A stretch of 64,000 nucleotides of DNA from Phoronis australis (Eukaryota > Animalia > Phoronida), in assembly GCA_002633005.1 (NCBI GenBank), contig NMRA01000141.1, positions 124,001-188,000 of the forward strand, in the 5' to 3' direction. The notes beneath the pieces were generated by a model. That model saw only the letters and a program-made list of their open reading frames with translations, ran no database searches and was not told the origin of the DNA. The position numbers were made by a program, and so were the translations under genes. Positions 52,859 through 64,000 of this stretch are shown here, one piece after another (the stretch's first letter is position 1; every line of letters starts with the position of its first letter).

Positions 52859-54387
52859 ATGTTGGTAACGAGAGAAAATTATTCGACTGATTTATGAGAC
52901 TTTAAGGATGTTTTACAACAGCGGCGGGTTACAAAAATAGAAAAACACCTGCAATATTTATGTTGACAGGTCGAGTAAAATTTTTATGGTTCACACATGT
53001 ACAAGATCACGACTCTTGATTTGAAAGGATATCAACATTACGTGCCATTTTCGTGGAGTTTAAAAATCAAGAAATTTCCACTATTACGATCTTGTTTAGA
53101 ACGCTCTGTTGAACTTGTCAAGCACGACTTTTGTGTTGGTAAACAATACTGCGTTTAAGCTGGTCAGAGTTTACAGTCACATAAAGGTATCAACAGGTGG
53201 AAGTTAAGTCTACTTTATCTGGAAGTCAACCGTTTCTCTTCATTCGAAGTTTTTGTGAGAGTATTTCATACAATACACTTCAGCTTCACGTCATTTATTG
53301 AAAGTAGCTTGTAAATAATATTTTCTAAATTAAATATCGGTTAGCGTCAGGCGCGCTGTTTACAACATAATTGCTGGATTACGTGAACATCAGATGAAAG
53401 CAGACAATAAGTGAGAAAACATTCACACATTTTCTTGGGCTTAAGGTAATGCGTAAATTTTTTAATAGTTACCTAAGCAGTCTGCCGTTACAATGCACAC
53501 TCATCTACTCATCGTTGATCTTTCGCATCTCATTAATTACGACTCAATGCACCAATTTTATCAACCGAGGAAATATTTAAATTCCTGTAAATTTTCAACA
53601 AAAAAACTCATAAACCTGTATATGTGAAATTACCAAACCTGGTTTTGGTCTAAAAACGACTTTCACATCCAGTTCTCTGAAATAAAACGATGCTCTGTGA
53701 CTCTCGACAACCCTCAACAGTTTGGAGGAATTTTGAACTTTCAAAGACTACTAAACAACCAAGCGTGACCTACGCTTTTAGCAAATTACGCGGCAACTAT
53801 GGGAAAAGACCGCCCATCAAGGACCATAATGTCCAATTTGTGACATAGGGAGAATGAGTTTTTAGTTGACTCCTGCCTTTAACTTGGAAGATCGACGCCA
53901 ATGATATATTAACAGGTGTCTGAACGAGGATTGGTTGAAATCGTCAAAACAAGATTTCGTTACGCACCCGCGCTGTGGAATAAGTATCCCGACTGTCTTG
54001 TCGGCCAGTCGGGATACAGCCTTGTTATCAGTTAGAGAATGACAAACTAATGTTTACATAGTCCGGCTCACATTATCGGCTTGAAAACTCGAAAGCTCCA
54101 AAGTACAGCATCTGCGAATGGCCAAAAGATTTGACTTTGGGACCATAAGAAATAATCTGTGCTCACCTTGGACGTGAAGTGAATATGTAGCTTTGTTTTT
54201 AATTTCTTCTTCACAAGAGACTGTATTCGCTCCAAAGTAACATTACTGTGTTCTTTGTCCGTGTGCAATCGTTGCAATAACTACGCCGGTAAAGGAATTC
54301 ACCTTACGGCTATCGCAGTAAGAAGTGACGGTTTATGAGACTAATCGGCTGAAGCAGTATATTGTCAGTACTGTTATTTCCAAGCCT

Positions 54388-54667
54388 CATGGGCGCACCC
54401 AGGGGGAGGGGGGTTCGGGAGGCTCAAAGGAGTTCCCCTATTTGGCGAATTAGGCAAAAAGGCCCCCCTCAGTGAAAAAAGTCCGTGTGAACGGCACAAA
54501 AGTCCTCAAAGGACACAGGAAATCGGCACAGATGCACAATTCGTAGGTCTGAACCTAGTGGCCCCAAAGTTTTTTTTTTTTTTTAGTTCCCGTTGATTTT
54601 GTTCGGTAAAAAGTCCCCATATCGAGAAATTCGAGAACCCCTATATTTTAGGCTGGGTGCGAGCATG
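54388..54667 (+). mobile_element. MITE, CATGGGCGCACCCAG family
   Basis: TIRs; 5-bp TSD AGCCT; close homologue of 19895-20171. Confidence 0.88.
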
Positions 54668-55234
54668 AGCCTAGATACGTATTGCTTTAGCCTGAATAAG
54701 GAATAAAGTCGGGGCAGATTATTGGCGGCGCAGATTAATATAAATAGTTGGAACTGTTCTTCATTTTGGGTAAACCGTTGATTCCGGCTTTGAGAACAAC
54801 ATCCAGATCCGTGGACGGGAAATCCCCGGACGTTTAAATTCAAGCATTGAAGTGTCTAGAATGAATTAACACTTGATTACATTATGATTTCTACACAATC
54901 TTGATCAAAGTTCATTCTGTCGTGTTCCTAACTTAGTGTTGTACTTCGACATAGAACACAAAAATGTCCCAGCAGCCAGTAACAAGAGTAGTACTTTTGA
55001 GAGTAACCGATTCGTGTAAACGCCAAGCTCCACTGGTGGCGAGGACATACTCAAAGGGGCTCACAGTTGCACTCGAATACCTTTACTTCCGTCGGTATAG
55101 AAGGACAAGGTTTTTTCGATTCACATCGAACGTAGCGCTGGGAACTAATCACCTTGGTCTGGCATTTGCCACGAAAAAGATTTCCATCTCTTCCGACGTC
55201 AACACAAGAGTCCCTGAAAAGAAAACGTTACGAT

Positions 55235-55405
55235 CATGCGAGCAACCAGCCTAAAATATAGAGGGAGAGCTCAATTTTTTCGGGTGTGCAGACCTTTTAC
55301 TGAAAGAAATCAACGAGGACTTCCCGTGGATTTTGTGGACTTTTGTCTCGTTTACTTGGACTTTTTGTTTCGCTGAGGCGGACCTCCCCCCTGGGTGCGC
55401 CCATG
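55235..55405 (-). mobile_element. MITE, CATGGGCGCACCCAG family (internally deleted, inverted)
   Basis: catgcgagcaaccagcctaaaatatag...ctgggtgcgcccatg; 5-bp TSD ACGAT. Confidence 0.8.
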
Positions 55406-55523
55406 ACGATGACAAATTTTCGAACAAAAACATTGTGGCACCACAAAGGCGCCTTTCGCTTGACCACAATTTCTAACTCTGCTGATTTCTATACGGGCAG
55501 CACAGTTAAGGGGGACCACTTAA

Positions 55524-56014
55524 GGGCCTTTCATACTAACGTCGACGCGTCGATGGTTTGGGGAGTTGCGGTCAGTATGAACGCTTAACTCCGGTCCTGG
55601 ATCGCAGTTAACAGCTCCAGTTAACATCGCAGTTAACAGGTGGATTTAATAGCGCAGCGTCGACGCTGCGGTGCAGTATGAACGCTTAACTTCGGTCCAA
55701 TGGAAGTTATCGCCAGGTGCCACTGTTATCGTCAACAGTTACAAGGTAGTGCCGTCACTAATAGCTGGCTATATTTTGCTCTAATAATAACCAATTGATT
55801 TAAAAATAAGTTTAATGTCACTTAGCACATATAAATGTTTCCAACGAAACAGTGAAAAAAATCATAGCGTGCATATAACTTCGATGACGACAGCGGCACC
55901 AACCGCTGACTTCGATGTTCATTAACTACCGAAGCCAGTATGAACGGTCCTGTTAACTGCGCTGTTTACGTTGACGCTCCGCTCAGACCGGAGTTAAGTC
56001 AATATGAAAGGGCC
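55524..56014. mobile_element. PIF/Harbinger-like MITE
   Basis: gggcctttcatact...tatgaaagggcc TIRs; internal repeats cagtatgaacgcttaact; left flank TAA, but the right TSD is not matched. Confidence 0.6.
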
Positions 56015-56305
56015 ACACACAGTTGAGCTGTTAGGCCTTTTTGGTGTGAACCGTTGATTATCCAACCCTACAAACGAGTCAGGGATTTGACGGCGTAACG
56101 GTGACAGAGAACCTATAAAAAATACGCCAAGTTGAAATCTCACAGCACCTGCTCAACCCTCTTATACGTAAGAGCCCAAAACGCCCGTCAAACAAACTAC
56201 TAAATATACCCTGTCGTTGTCTACCGACTTAGGCGTACATGTATGTCATGATAGATGAGCCGAATTATCTCATTGGTCACGATATACATGTCCACCATAT
56301 TGGAT

Positions 56306-56397
56306 CATGGGCGGCGCATCATGGTCTATAGGCGTTGCACCACAGGGGGACTGAGGGGCTTTAGACCCCCACCTTTTTCAATGCTGCGCCGCCCATT
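56306..56397. mobile_element. Short hairpin MITE, CATGGGCGGCGC family
   Basis: catgggcggcgca...tgcgccgcccatt; 5-bp TSD TGGAT. Confidence 0.8.
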
Positions 56398-57504
56398 TGG
56401 ATATCTAATTAGGTAGAGTAAGGTGGCATTCAATAGTTTCTTTCAGCAACTGTCAAGTTTGCCTTAAAACTCAATAGTATTTTTGGGTGACACAGTCGAA
56501 TTTGGCTTCCCCAATTTCAGGGATAAAAAAATTGCCGCCTGCTAGTCTGGCTGGGAATTTTAAGTTTTATGCTGTATGTGAAGGCTGTGAATGGCATTTG
56601 CTTAATTTTTAACTCTGTTCCAGAGAGAAACGTTGCCAGTTGTTGGCCCATTGACCCATTTTTGCTCAGTCGTGTCTTCTCTTAAAAGCTATACTGCTTG
56701 CAACTGGGTAGTTAAAATTTAGCAGGTAAACTTCAGACACTTAGGAGTTATGGTAAAAAATTGGCTGGTCGACACTCACTTTTCACATGATTTCTGTAAT
56801 TTGGAAAGTTTTGGCAGCATGAATGCCCTGTGCTCGGTTCTTCGCAATCATATGCAAGAGGTTTTGGTTGTACTGTGAATACAGTTGGCCTGTCACTTCC
56901 ATCAAAACAGATGGCAAAAACGCAAAAAATAACACTTTTCAGCCCCACGCCACAACGACAAGACTAGGCGTGAATCAACACTGTTTTTGAAAGCACATTT
57001 CCTGTACATAATCAAAGCACGTGATGCAAAAGTGTTGCTGTACAACTACATTTTTTGCTATTGAGAGCTACTTGAAATAGCAGCAAATTTCTCAGTCGCT
57101 CCGCAAAAATGCAACAACGTCCGTTCTAGAGCAAAAAAAAATATCTGCAGCCAAAGTATCGCAATGACGTATCTTATTCCCAAAATGTTCACAAACCCAA
57201 GCAAACCAGAATGCGAAAGCAAGGCATGTGCGTGGAAAATGTTGACATTTTTGCATATACAGCCGACTCCTTTCTTTAAATAACTTTTTCTGTTTTGGTA
57301 CGGAACTGGTACTGTATTTTTCTTCATTCAGGCCTTGCAACTACCACAGGTACGGATCTAATTTGCAGTATTTGGACAAAATTGTGTTCCATGGCTTCAC
57401 AAGCTTGGGGAGCGTGTCCGTAAATATTCATTAACAGACGGGTTATGTGTCTACATGACACCAAACTATGGACTAGAAAGATTTACCATCATGCAGGCTT
57501 TCAG

Positions 57505-57938
57505 TGCCCGGTTGCATGAAACAGTCCCAAATAGGGACTCAACTAAGGTCCCTAAATCTACTGCGTATTTGCAGGCTTATCAAAACACTGATTGTCCTAT
57601 CTTATGGTGTTTGAATATCATTACTACACCAATTTTTGGCTTTTATACAAATCGAGAGTGAAATCTAGATTGAATTTTAAATATTATTGAAAATAAGTAG
57701 GGATCTTTTCATGCAACGCACCCAATTTAAGGAGTAAGTCCCTAACTGTTTTGATTGAATTGAGGGCTCAGTTTTTAGTTATATTATTAGAAAATGTCAT
57801 TATTCAAAGAAGAGCTCATAATAAAGATTAAATTATAGGAAAACTAGTACACCTGTAGCTAAAGAACGAAACAAATACGAAAAAGATTTAGAGACCTTAG
57901 TTGAGTCCCTGTTTGGGACTGTTTCATGCAACCGGGCA
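57505..57938. mobile_element. Harbinger-like MITE with ~55-bp TIRs
   Basis: tgcccggttgcatgaaacagtcccaaatagggactcaactaaggtc versus gaccttagttgagtccctgtttgggactgtttcatgcaaccgggca; 3-bp TSD CAG. Confidence 0.85.
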
Positions 57939-58325
57939 CAGGTCCCCATCCTGAGGAGACCTCACTGTTTGAATGTGTCACCACACAGCTGTTGATGAGA
58001 CGGCGACCCCAACGACTACTGATCTTAGGGCAAGAGTGATTCCTCCACACAACTGTAGTTATTGCAATAACCATCCCCAACATGTAGAACTTCATCCATG
58101 AGATAATAAATTGGGTGCTCATCTCTATAAAGATTAAATTGGGCATTGGTGATGTCCAGTGCAGTAGTTTTTACTGGTGATTTTTTTATTCGCCCCAGTT
58201 GATGGAAGAGTGAGCCTGTCTTGTGAGGTTAGATGCGTATTCAACCAAAGGAGTGTCGCAGATTTAGAATATCTGATCTGTCATAAGGGTTTTCGGCTGC
58301 CCCTCATTTAAAAGGGGAAACGTGA

Positions 58326-58598
58326 TCACAACCTTTCAGGCCCGGGCCATAAAGATAGACGTAAGTTTCTTGGTGTTTTGATCTCCAGGACACTTGAACT
58401 CCCTTGAACGCACATTGAACTCTGGTGTGGCACCCACCAATAACCCAGTATTATATCCATGCAAACATAAAAATCAACTGCATGACTAAGCCACTCATGC
58501 TGATTTGACGATATCATCATTACTGTGTAGAATCGTTTGGACAACCCCGAATGAGCAACCACCATGGCTACTGGCAATTCCCGCGTATCAGTCACCTC
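58326..58598 (-). CDS. Possible downstream exon of the Pro/Thr-rich gene (reading frame uncertain)
   Basis: Acceptor tgttttag|GAG at 58598. The frame is open for about 90 codons in phase 0 (EVTDTRELPVAMVVAHSGLSKRFYTVMMI...), but the main frame of the previous exon ends in phase 2 and would stop after G-R. Confidence 0.35.
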   Translation of the reverse strand, partial: EVTDTRELPVAMVVAHSGLSKRFYTVMMISSNQHEWLSHAVDFYVCMDIILGYWWVPHQSSMCVQGSSSVLEIKTPRNLRLSLWPGPERL

Positions 58599-58909
58599 CT
58601 AAAACAGATTAACATACGAAATGGAATCGATTTGAGGTCGGCATTCCTGATACAAATGTAAGAGTGACCTTGCACTTCATTCGTGGTTTCTGGTTTAGAG
58701 TAATAGTAAGTCTTTCTCACAAACTCAAGGGCATTCGCACCAACAGAGTTTGTGTCATTTTCTTACTAAAAATTTCTTTCACACTTTTTTCTCACGACCA
58801 ATTTTTTATGTAGAAACAATTGTTGTTCACAAGAAAGAATTATACGGGAGAGAACGCCCAATCGATTTTTTGAGGCAAGAAGGCTGAATGTCTCATAATT
58901 TACTCTTAC

Positions 58910-59622
58910 CCGTCTCGCGGGGAGCATTTCGAATTCTTTAAAGGCGTTTCCATTACGTAGCACGAACGATAGATATTTATCGTGTTCGCCTCAAACTTGC
59001 ATGGATTTCTCTTCAATTTAACCCACGTTTGACCACCTTTCTTTTCATCGCCGGAATCATTCGACCCACCAGAGCCCGTTGGCGGCGTAACTGTTGGACA
59101 CACACAGGCTGTGGTAGGGATAGGTTCAAGGGTAGAGGTAGGTCTAGGTTCTGGCTTGCCGGTTGGCTCGGGTTTAGGGGTACATGTAGGTCTAGGTTCA
59201 GGTTCAGGAGTTGTTGTTGGTTTAGGGGTCGGGTTGGATGTTGGTCCTGGGCTATAGGTAGGTCCGCTAGGTTCAGGTTCAGGAGTTGTTTTAGGTTTAG
59301 GGGTTGGGTTGGGTGTTGGCCCTGGGCTGTAGGTAGGTCCGCCAGGTTCAGGTTCAGGAGTTGTTTTAGGTTTAGGGGTTGGGTTGGATGTTGGTCCTGG
59401 GCTGTAGGTATGTCCGGTAGGTTCAGGTTCAGGAGTTGTTTTAGGTTTAGGGGTTGGGTTGGGCGTATAATCAGTGGTGTGGTGAAAGTTAGGAGGATAT
59501 TCAGGGTAAGCACTTGGTTCAGGTTCGGGATTCCATCCAGCAGGGCGTGGCCAGCTGTCCGGCCATGGCAAGCTCTGTGATACGACTCTGCTCACAACGG
59601 AGACGTAAACCAGCAACAAGAC
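58910..59622 (-). CDS. Internal exon encoding a Pro/Thr-rich (mucin/extensin-like) region with about four 25-aa repeats
   Basis: Acceptor ttctctag|GTC at 59622 and donor GG|GTAAGA at 58910. 75-bp repeats encode PT(S/P)NPTPKPKTTPEPEPxGxTYSPG, followed by a CVC motif and a Cys-containing segment. Confidence 0.75.
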
Positions 59623-60479
59623 CTAGAGAAGAACGGTAAAGAGATTAATCTTCAGCTAAGGCTACAGAACACCATAGAACGTCAACTTTATGACAACTCT
59701 ACAAGCGGCATATTAATAAATATTTTACATTAGGGTAGGAGAAGTTCCTAACCAACTACAAAAACTTCTTCTAACCCAGTCGCTTCTCACTTTAATCCCG
59801 CCACCGGCCAACAACCATTTTAGAGATGCATTTCCATGCTCCTAACTATGCAAATGTATAGCAGGAACTAAACGACAATGTTATCCGAGTGTCATCAACG
59901 CTAAACATAATGCAGTTGTCTTTAATGACGACTCGTAAATGTGAAAACAAAAAATTCCACTAGAGGTGACCTTTGCACTAATGACGTACCTTGGGAGCTC
60001 TCATAACCCGCATCATGTAGTGTTATTCCCCGACCCTAGGTCACGATACTTACTAGACACATATGAGAGATTAACGGCGGATTATTTTCGATACAAAACT
60101 CGTTCTTAAAAACATTTGGCAATTTTTCAACCTACTTCATATTCACATATTCGCTATATGTTGTATTTCTAACTAATTTGACCAAGCAATCACAGTGATA
60201 AGGAATTAGCCTACAAGTTCCACTTTAAATTCAATACCTAGAGATTTTGGAAAAACGTATTATGTTTATTTATTGTACCGAAAATAATTCGTTATATTTG
60301 TAAGCGACATGCCAAAAAACAACAGAATTCAAGGTTACCGAGACATTGTAAGATAAATTGCGGATTTGTTGACATCTTCATGAAGCAGTATGAGAGCAAA
60401 TTACATTTCATTGCATATTAAGTTTTAGATATTTCTTAAGACAGTTGTATTTCATGTGTTGCTAATCAATGTTATGATG

Positions 60480-60665
60480 GTGAGAGCACTTACAATCTAT
60501 ACCCCGTTATCACCTAGCATACGCATGGTATTGCCAATGGTCAACTAGAAACCTCTCGAGGAGCGGAGACCGCCATGCGCCCCCTCCCAGACAGTGCAAG
60601 CATATGCTCAGACCCTAGGTCACTACTAGTGGATACTAGACAATGGACTGATATACATTCCTCAT
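60480..60665 (-). mobile_element. SINE-like body/tail fragment in intron (partial second copy at about 60030-60060)
   Basis: gaccctaggtcac...tactagaca is shared by both copies; the minus-strand tail tgtaagtgctc resembles L2-type SINE tails. Confidence 0.35.
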
Positions 60666-60843
60666 TAAAGTTGGTGTAGTTTCGAGAATGGTGACTTTTC
60701 AATTTCAGATGGTTTTAAATTGTCGTATGACGTATAGTCTCACAGAAGGTACCCTTCGAACCATAGGATCCTCTTTGTTGCACTGGATAAGCAGGTTTCA
60801 GCTGAATAATGTTTTCATTTTGCAGATAAGAGGACGTATTTAC

Positions 60844-60894
60844 TTGGCTCAGACAACACAGGCAGACTTGCATTTCTTTAATGAACTTGTTCAT
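60844..60894 (-). CDS. Probable first coding exon (start of signal peptide) of the Pro/Thr-rich secreted protein
   Basis: ATG at 60894-60892 encodes MNKFIKEMQVCLCCLSQ, followed by donor CAA|GTAAAT. A phase-0 join to the acceptor exon at 59622 gives a continuous hydrophobic signal-peptide-like stretch (VCLCCLSQVLLLVYVSVVSRVVSQ). Confidence 0.6.
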
Positions 60895-62769
60895 CGTTTT
60901 ACCTTCCGAGTCGTGACAGCCTGCGGGCGGAGTGTCGTACATACGAAGACAAAATCTTACTCCTTCTCATGAAAAGACTTGTCGACCTACTTCGATTTTT
61001 TGAATGCGACTTTTGGACAGAGGCTTGCAACGCTGTCGCCCAAAATGCAGTGTCGAAACACTAGTCTGTACATTACACTTTGTCGTATACGAAAGCGAAT
61101 GAGAAAAATCCGAATTAGGCCTAGTAAATTGGACCTTATTGGGCGAAAGAGGTAAACGTTTTACAATGACGACTAGCACAAAGACCAACATGAAAACATG
61201 TAAAAACTTTCGTCGAGCACGATCATCACTCACTGATTTGGTTGACTTCATCGTCACAGCTCTTCTCGACAAATGTCTTAGTAAGCAACTGGTCTATCGC
61301 ACTTTTATAAACTCGGTGACGTGATCTATGGCAGGGAGTGTAAATCAAAAAGAATGGGTGAAACGTGACTTGCGCAATGACACGTGCTTATATCCCGTTC
61401 ACATGACAACATACACCCAATTTACACGACGGGCGCGAGTAGACACGGGGCAAATGTCCACGTTGTAGGAAAAAAATAGGGATAGTACGCTTGATATTTT
61501 CAACTCGTAGGCTGCCGGTTCAAACATAGTGGTTTCAAGGCAGAAGCGTGAATACCGATCATCTTACGACATGCTATACTTGTTTCGGAGGCCAACAATA
61601 CGTGCCACTAAAATAGTTGGCGATTTCATGGTCAGGTCCCCTATAACTAGACGACTTTTTCGATTAAAATACCCACGAATTAGTGTTATCTTATAGATTT
61701 AGGAATTCTACAGAAGGGTCTATAAGTTTGCAACAAAACTCTTTGCAATGGTTCTATACATTCTGTTGAGTTAAAAGCTACAATTTTAAGCGCTATTTTT
61801 GTTTTAATTCACAGATTACCATTTTGTTGAGTATTACTGCTATGGGTAAAGCATCGACGAAAGCGTGATTTTGTCACAGAAGCTCCCAATCTTCATTTCA
61901 ATATGATAACTCTCTTAAAGGTTGGGATTTCATTTCGGCAATCTCTTTAATATCCCTGGCATACTCTCCTAGTGGCATGACATCTTGGCTATCAAAACTA
62001 CAGTCGAGTACCTCCTAGATTCAATCCTGTAACCCCCTTTCGTTTGTATCATTTTTAAACATCCCGTCTAAATTTTATACTTTTCAATGTTTTCTAAATT
62101 TTACCCGGAAGTAGTGCCATATTTTGATTTTTAGCTGGCGTTTGGAGTCTAGTTCATTGCTCAAATACCTGCTGGTAACTTGCAAAATCTACAGCGTGTC
62201 CAAAAACTGTTCTCACACTTCAAATGACAATAACTGCGTTGTTTATTGGATTAGGAACAAGATTATCGACAGAAATTTAAACAGTGGTGATCAAAAAAGG
62301 AAACAGGTCTTCATACCAAAATAAATACATTGTTTATTGACTTGAAAAGAAGATTAATTGACTTTGCATAACCTTGGCATTTTTGAGACTAAACGGCGCG
62401 AAATGCAGCTATAAAGTTTCTTCCTGTAACTGATTGTTTGCCATGTACCAATACATACAGAGCACGTAGCGGCTCACGCCGGCGCCTGCCCTCACAACAA
62501 GGTGTACCGGCATAGATCAATGTGTAACTTTACAATAAGCCTGTGAGCAGAGTCTGGTCCACGGAAACTGAATTTGAACTCCCAGCATTGGACAAGCTGG
62601 CTGCAACAGACGGTGGCCAACCTATAGACCTAATGGGGCAATTCGGAGAATTCTCCTAACGCGGTGTCGCTGCTGTACTAGTGGTGATTGAATTGCGCAT
62701 GCGTCGCTGTCTGCATGTAAACAGGTGGTAAAAAGACGGAATTGTTGTCAAAATACGTCGTCGCGCTAA

Positions 62770-62960
62770 GCCTTATTATTGCTATTTTCCCTGTACTGGT
62801 GCAAGTCTTCGACAGATGGTAAAAAATTTCCAAAAGACCTCAGGATACTACATTTGTGGAGAATAGCGGTCAAAAGGGTCAACCAACTGGAAAAAAATGT
62901 GTGGATGCGGAAGCCCCGTCATTGTGTGCTCTATGCATTTCCATTGGGAGACTACATATA
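62770..62960 (+). pseudogene. THAP-domain remnant, transposon-derived
   Basis: Frameshifted Cys-containing start, then KFPKD.....LWRIAVKR......W and IVCSMHF...DY. Confidence 0.7.
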
Positions 62961-64000
62961 ACATTACTTGGTGAGTTTTTAGCAGTCTGTTTCTATCGCC
63001 ATCGTTCGGTGATGTTATACCCACCAGTTACCCCACTGAATAACGGGTTTATTGAGTGGAGCTAAGGGTTTAGGAAACTCACCCGGGACTCGGATGCCAG
63101 GTAGGCTAGCAGCACATATTCATATAGTCCTGGGTGGGAGTGCGCCCAATATAAGAGGTGTATGGTACGTGACTCTCAGATGTCAAGGATAACTTTTTCA
63201 CAGCAGCTTCTCTTCAAAACTATGCCGTGTCCAATAGAATTCTCTAGATGAGTGGGTTTCCTTATTTTATAGCACACCCCACCCCCAGGACTACCAGATT
63301 AGTTACCGAATTAACATGAATAAGCCTTAATTCAGTAAATGTCGTACCATTGCATTGGAATAAAAATTGACACCTAGAATGAATTTTACTTGTTGAGATT
63401 AGAAGCACATTTTAAGTGTCATGAAAAATACACATTGTTAAATCACTTTTAGCCTTTTTCACATATTTTAATTCAGATATTAAGTAAGACTTGAGTACAA
63501 AGGTTATTAGTTTCTACACATAAACATGAGGATGAAACGTCAAGTTTGTTCTGCCTTACAAAAGTAGTTTTGTCTTGTGTTTTCTTTTACAATTTGCTAA
63601 TATTTCTCCGACTATTCTGTTACAGGTGAGAGAAAACTGAAGCCAACCGCCCGAACGTCTATTTTACCTTTGGACAAAGTGAAAAGCAATCCTTCAGCAA
63701 TAACCTGAGAGAATTGAACGTAATTCAGAAATTCAGCACTTGATATGCCTGATTATGGACACCGTCGCAATGTTGCTTCTTTGTATGTATGTGCTTTTTA
63801 GTTTGCCATTTTGTTTTTAAATACACTGATAATTGTTTATTCTCGAATCTTGTGCATAGCAGATTCTTATCCAGCTAGCTACAATTGAAAACATACTTTT
63901 CTTGCATGTGGAACTTTTGTTCATAGACAAGTTAACACAAACCTTAAAATTGTTCAAAGGCCTTCTTAAGAAAGCTCTAAACATAATTACACACACAAAC

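Noticed and set aside
59013-59580. Alternative-frame and antisense ORFs (LNLNL-rich; RFRFR-rich)
   Set aside because: Shadow frames of the Pro-rich repeat exon, whose frame is supported by splice phase and a signal peptide.
60967-61272. Membrane-protein ORF upstream of the Pro-rich gene
   Set aside because: Non-ATG start in the track, no homology recognised, and it lies in the probable 5' UTR/promoter region.

Overview
AT-rich, gene-poor, repeat-dense eukaryotic DNA that looks like an invertebrate animal genome (spliceosomal GT-AG introns, a class A GPCR, metazoan transposon families). It is not prokaryotic, and I found no CRISPR, rRNA or intact tRNA. Two host genes are supported. One is a rhodopsin-family GPCR with a single coding exon (46571-47644, +). 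The other is a spliced minus-strand gene (about 60894-58326) encoding a secreted Pro/Thr-rich protein with 25-aa repeats, whose 3' part appears frameshifted. The rest is decayed mobile DNA: a Kolobok-type element (TTAA TSD, long TIRs, THAP domain), two copies of a P-like THAP element, an ISL2EU-like remnant, an AcademX-like remnant, DIRS fragments, a Penelope-like fragment with a minimal hammerhead-ribozyme motif, a solo LTR, a Helentron-associated element, tRNA-derived SINEs, many MITEs (several with CA..TG ends and 5-bp TSDs) and a 27-bp minisatellite with higher-order structure. Nearly all other ORFs in the track are spurious. I could not establish a clearly novel biological system. All family assignments come from motif recognition by eye, not from searches.
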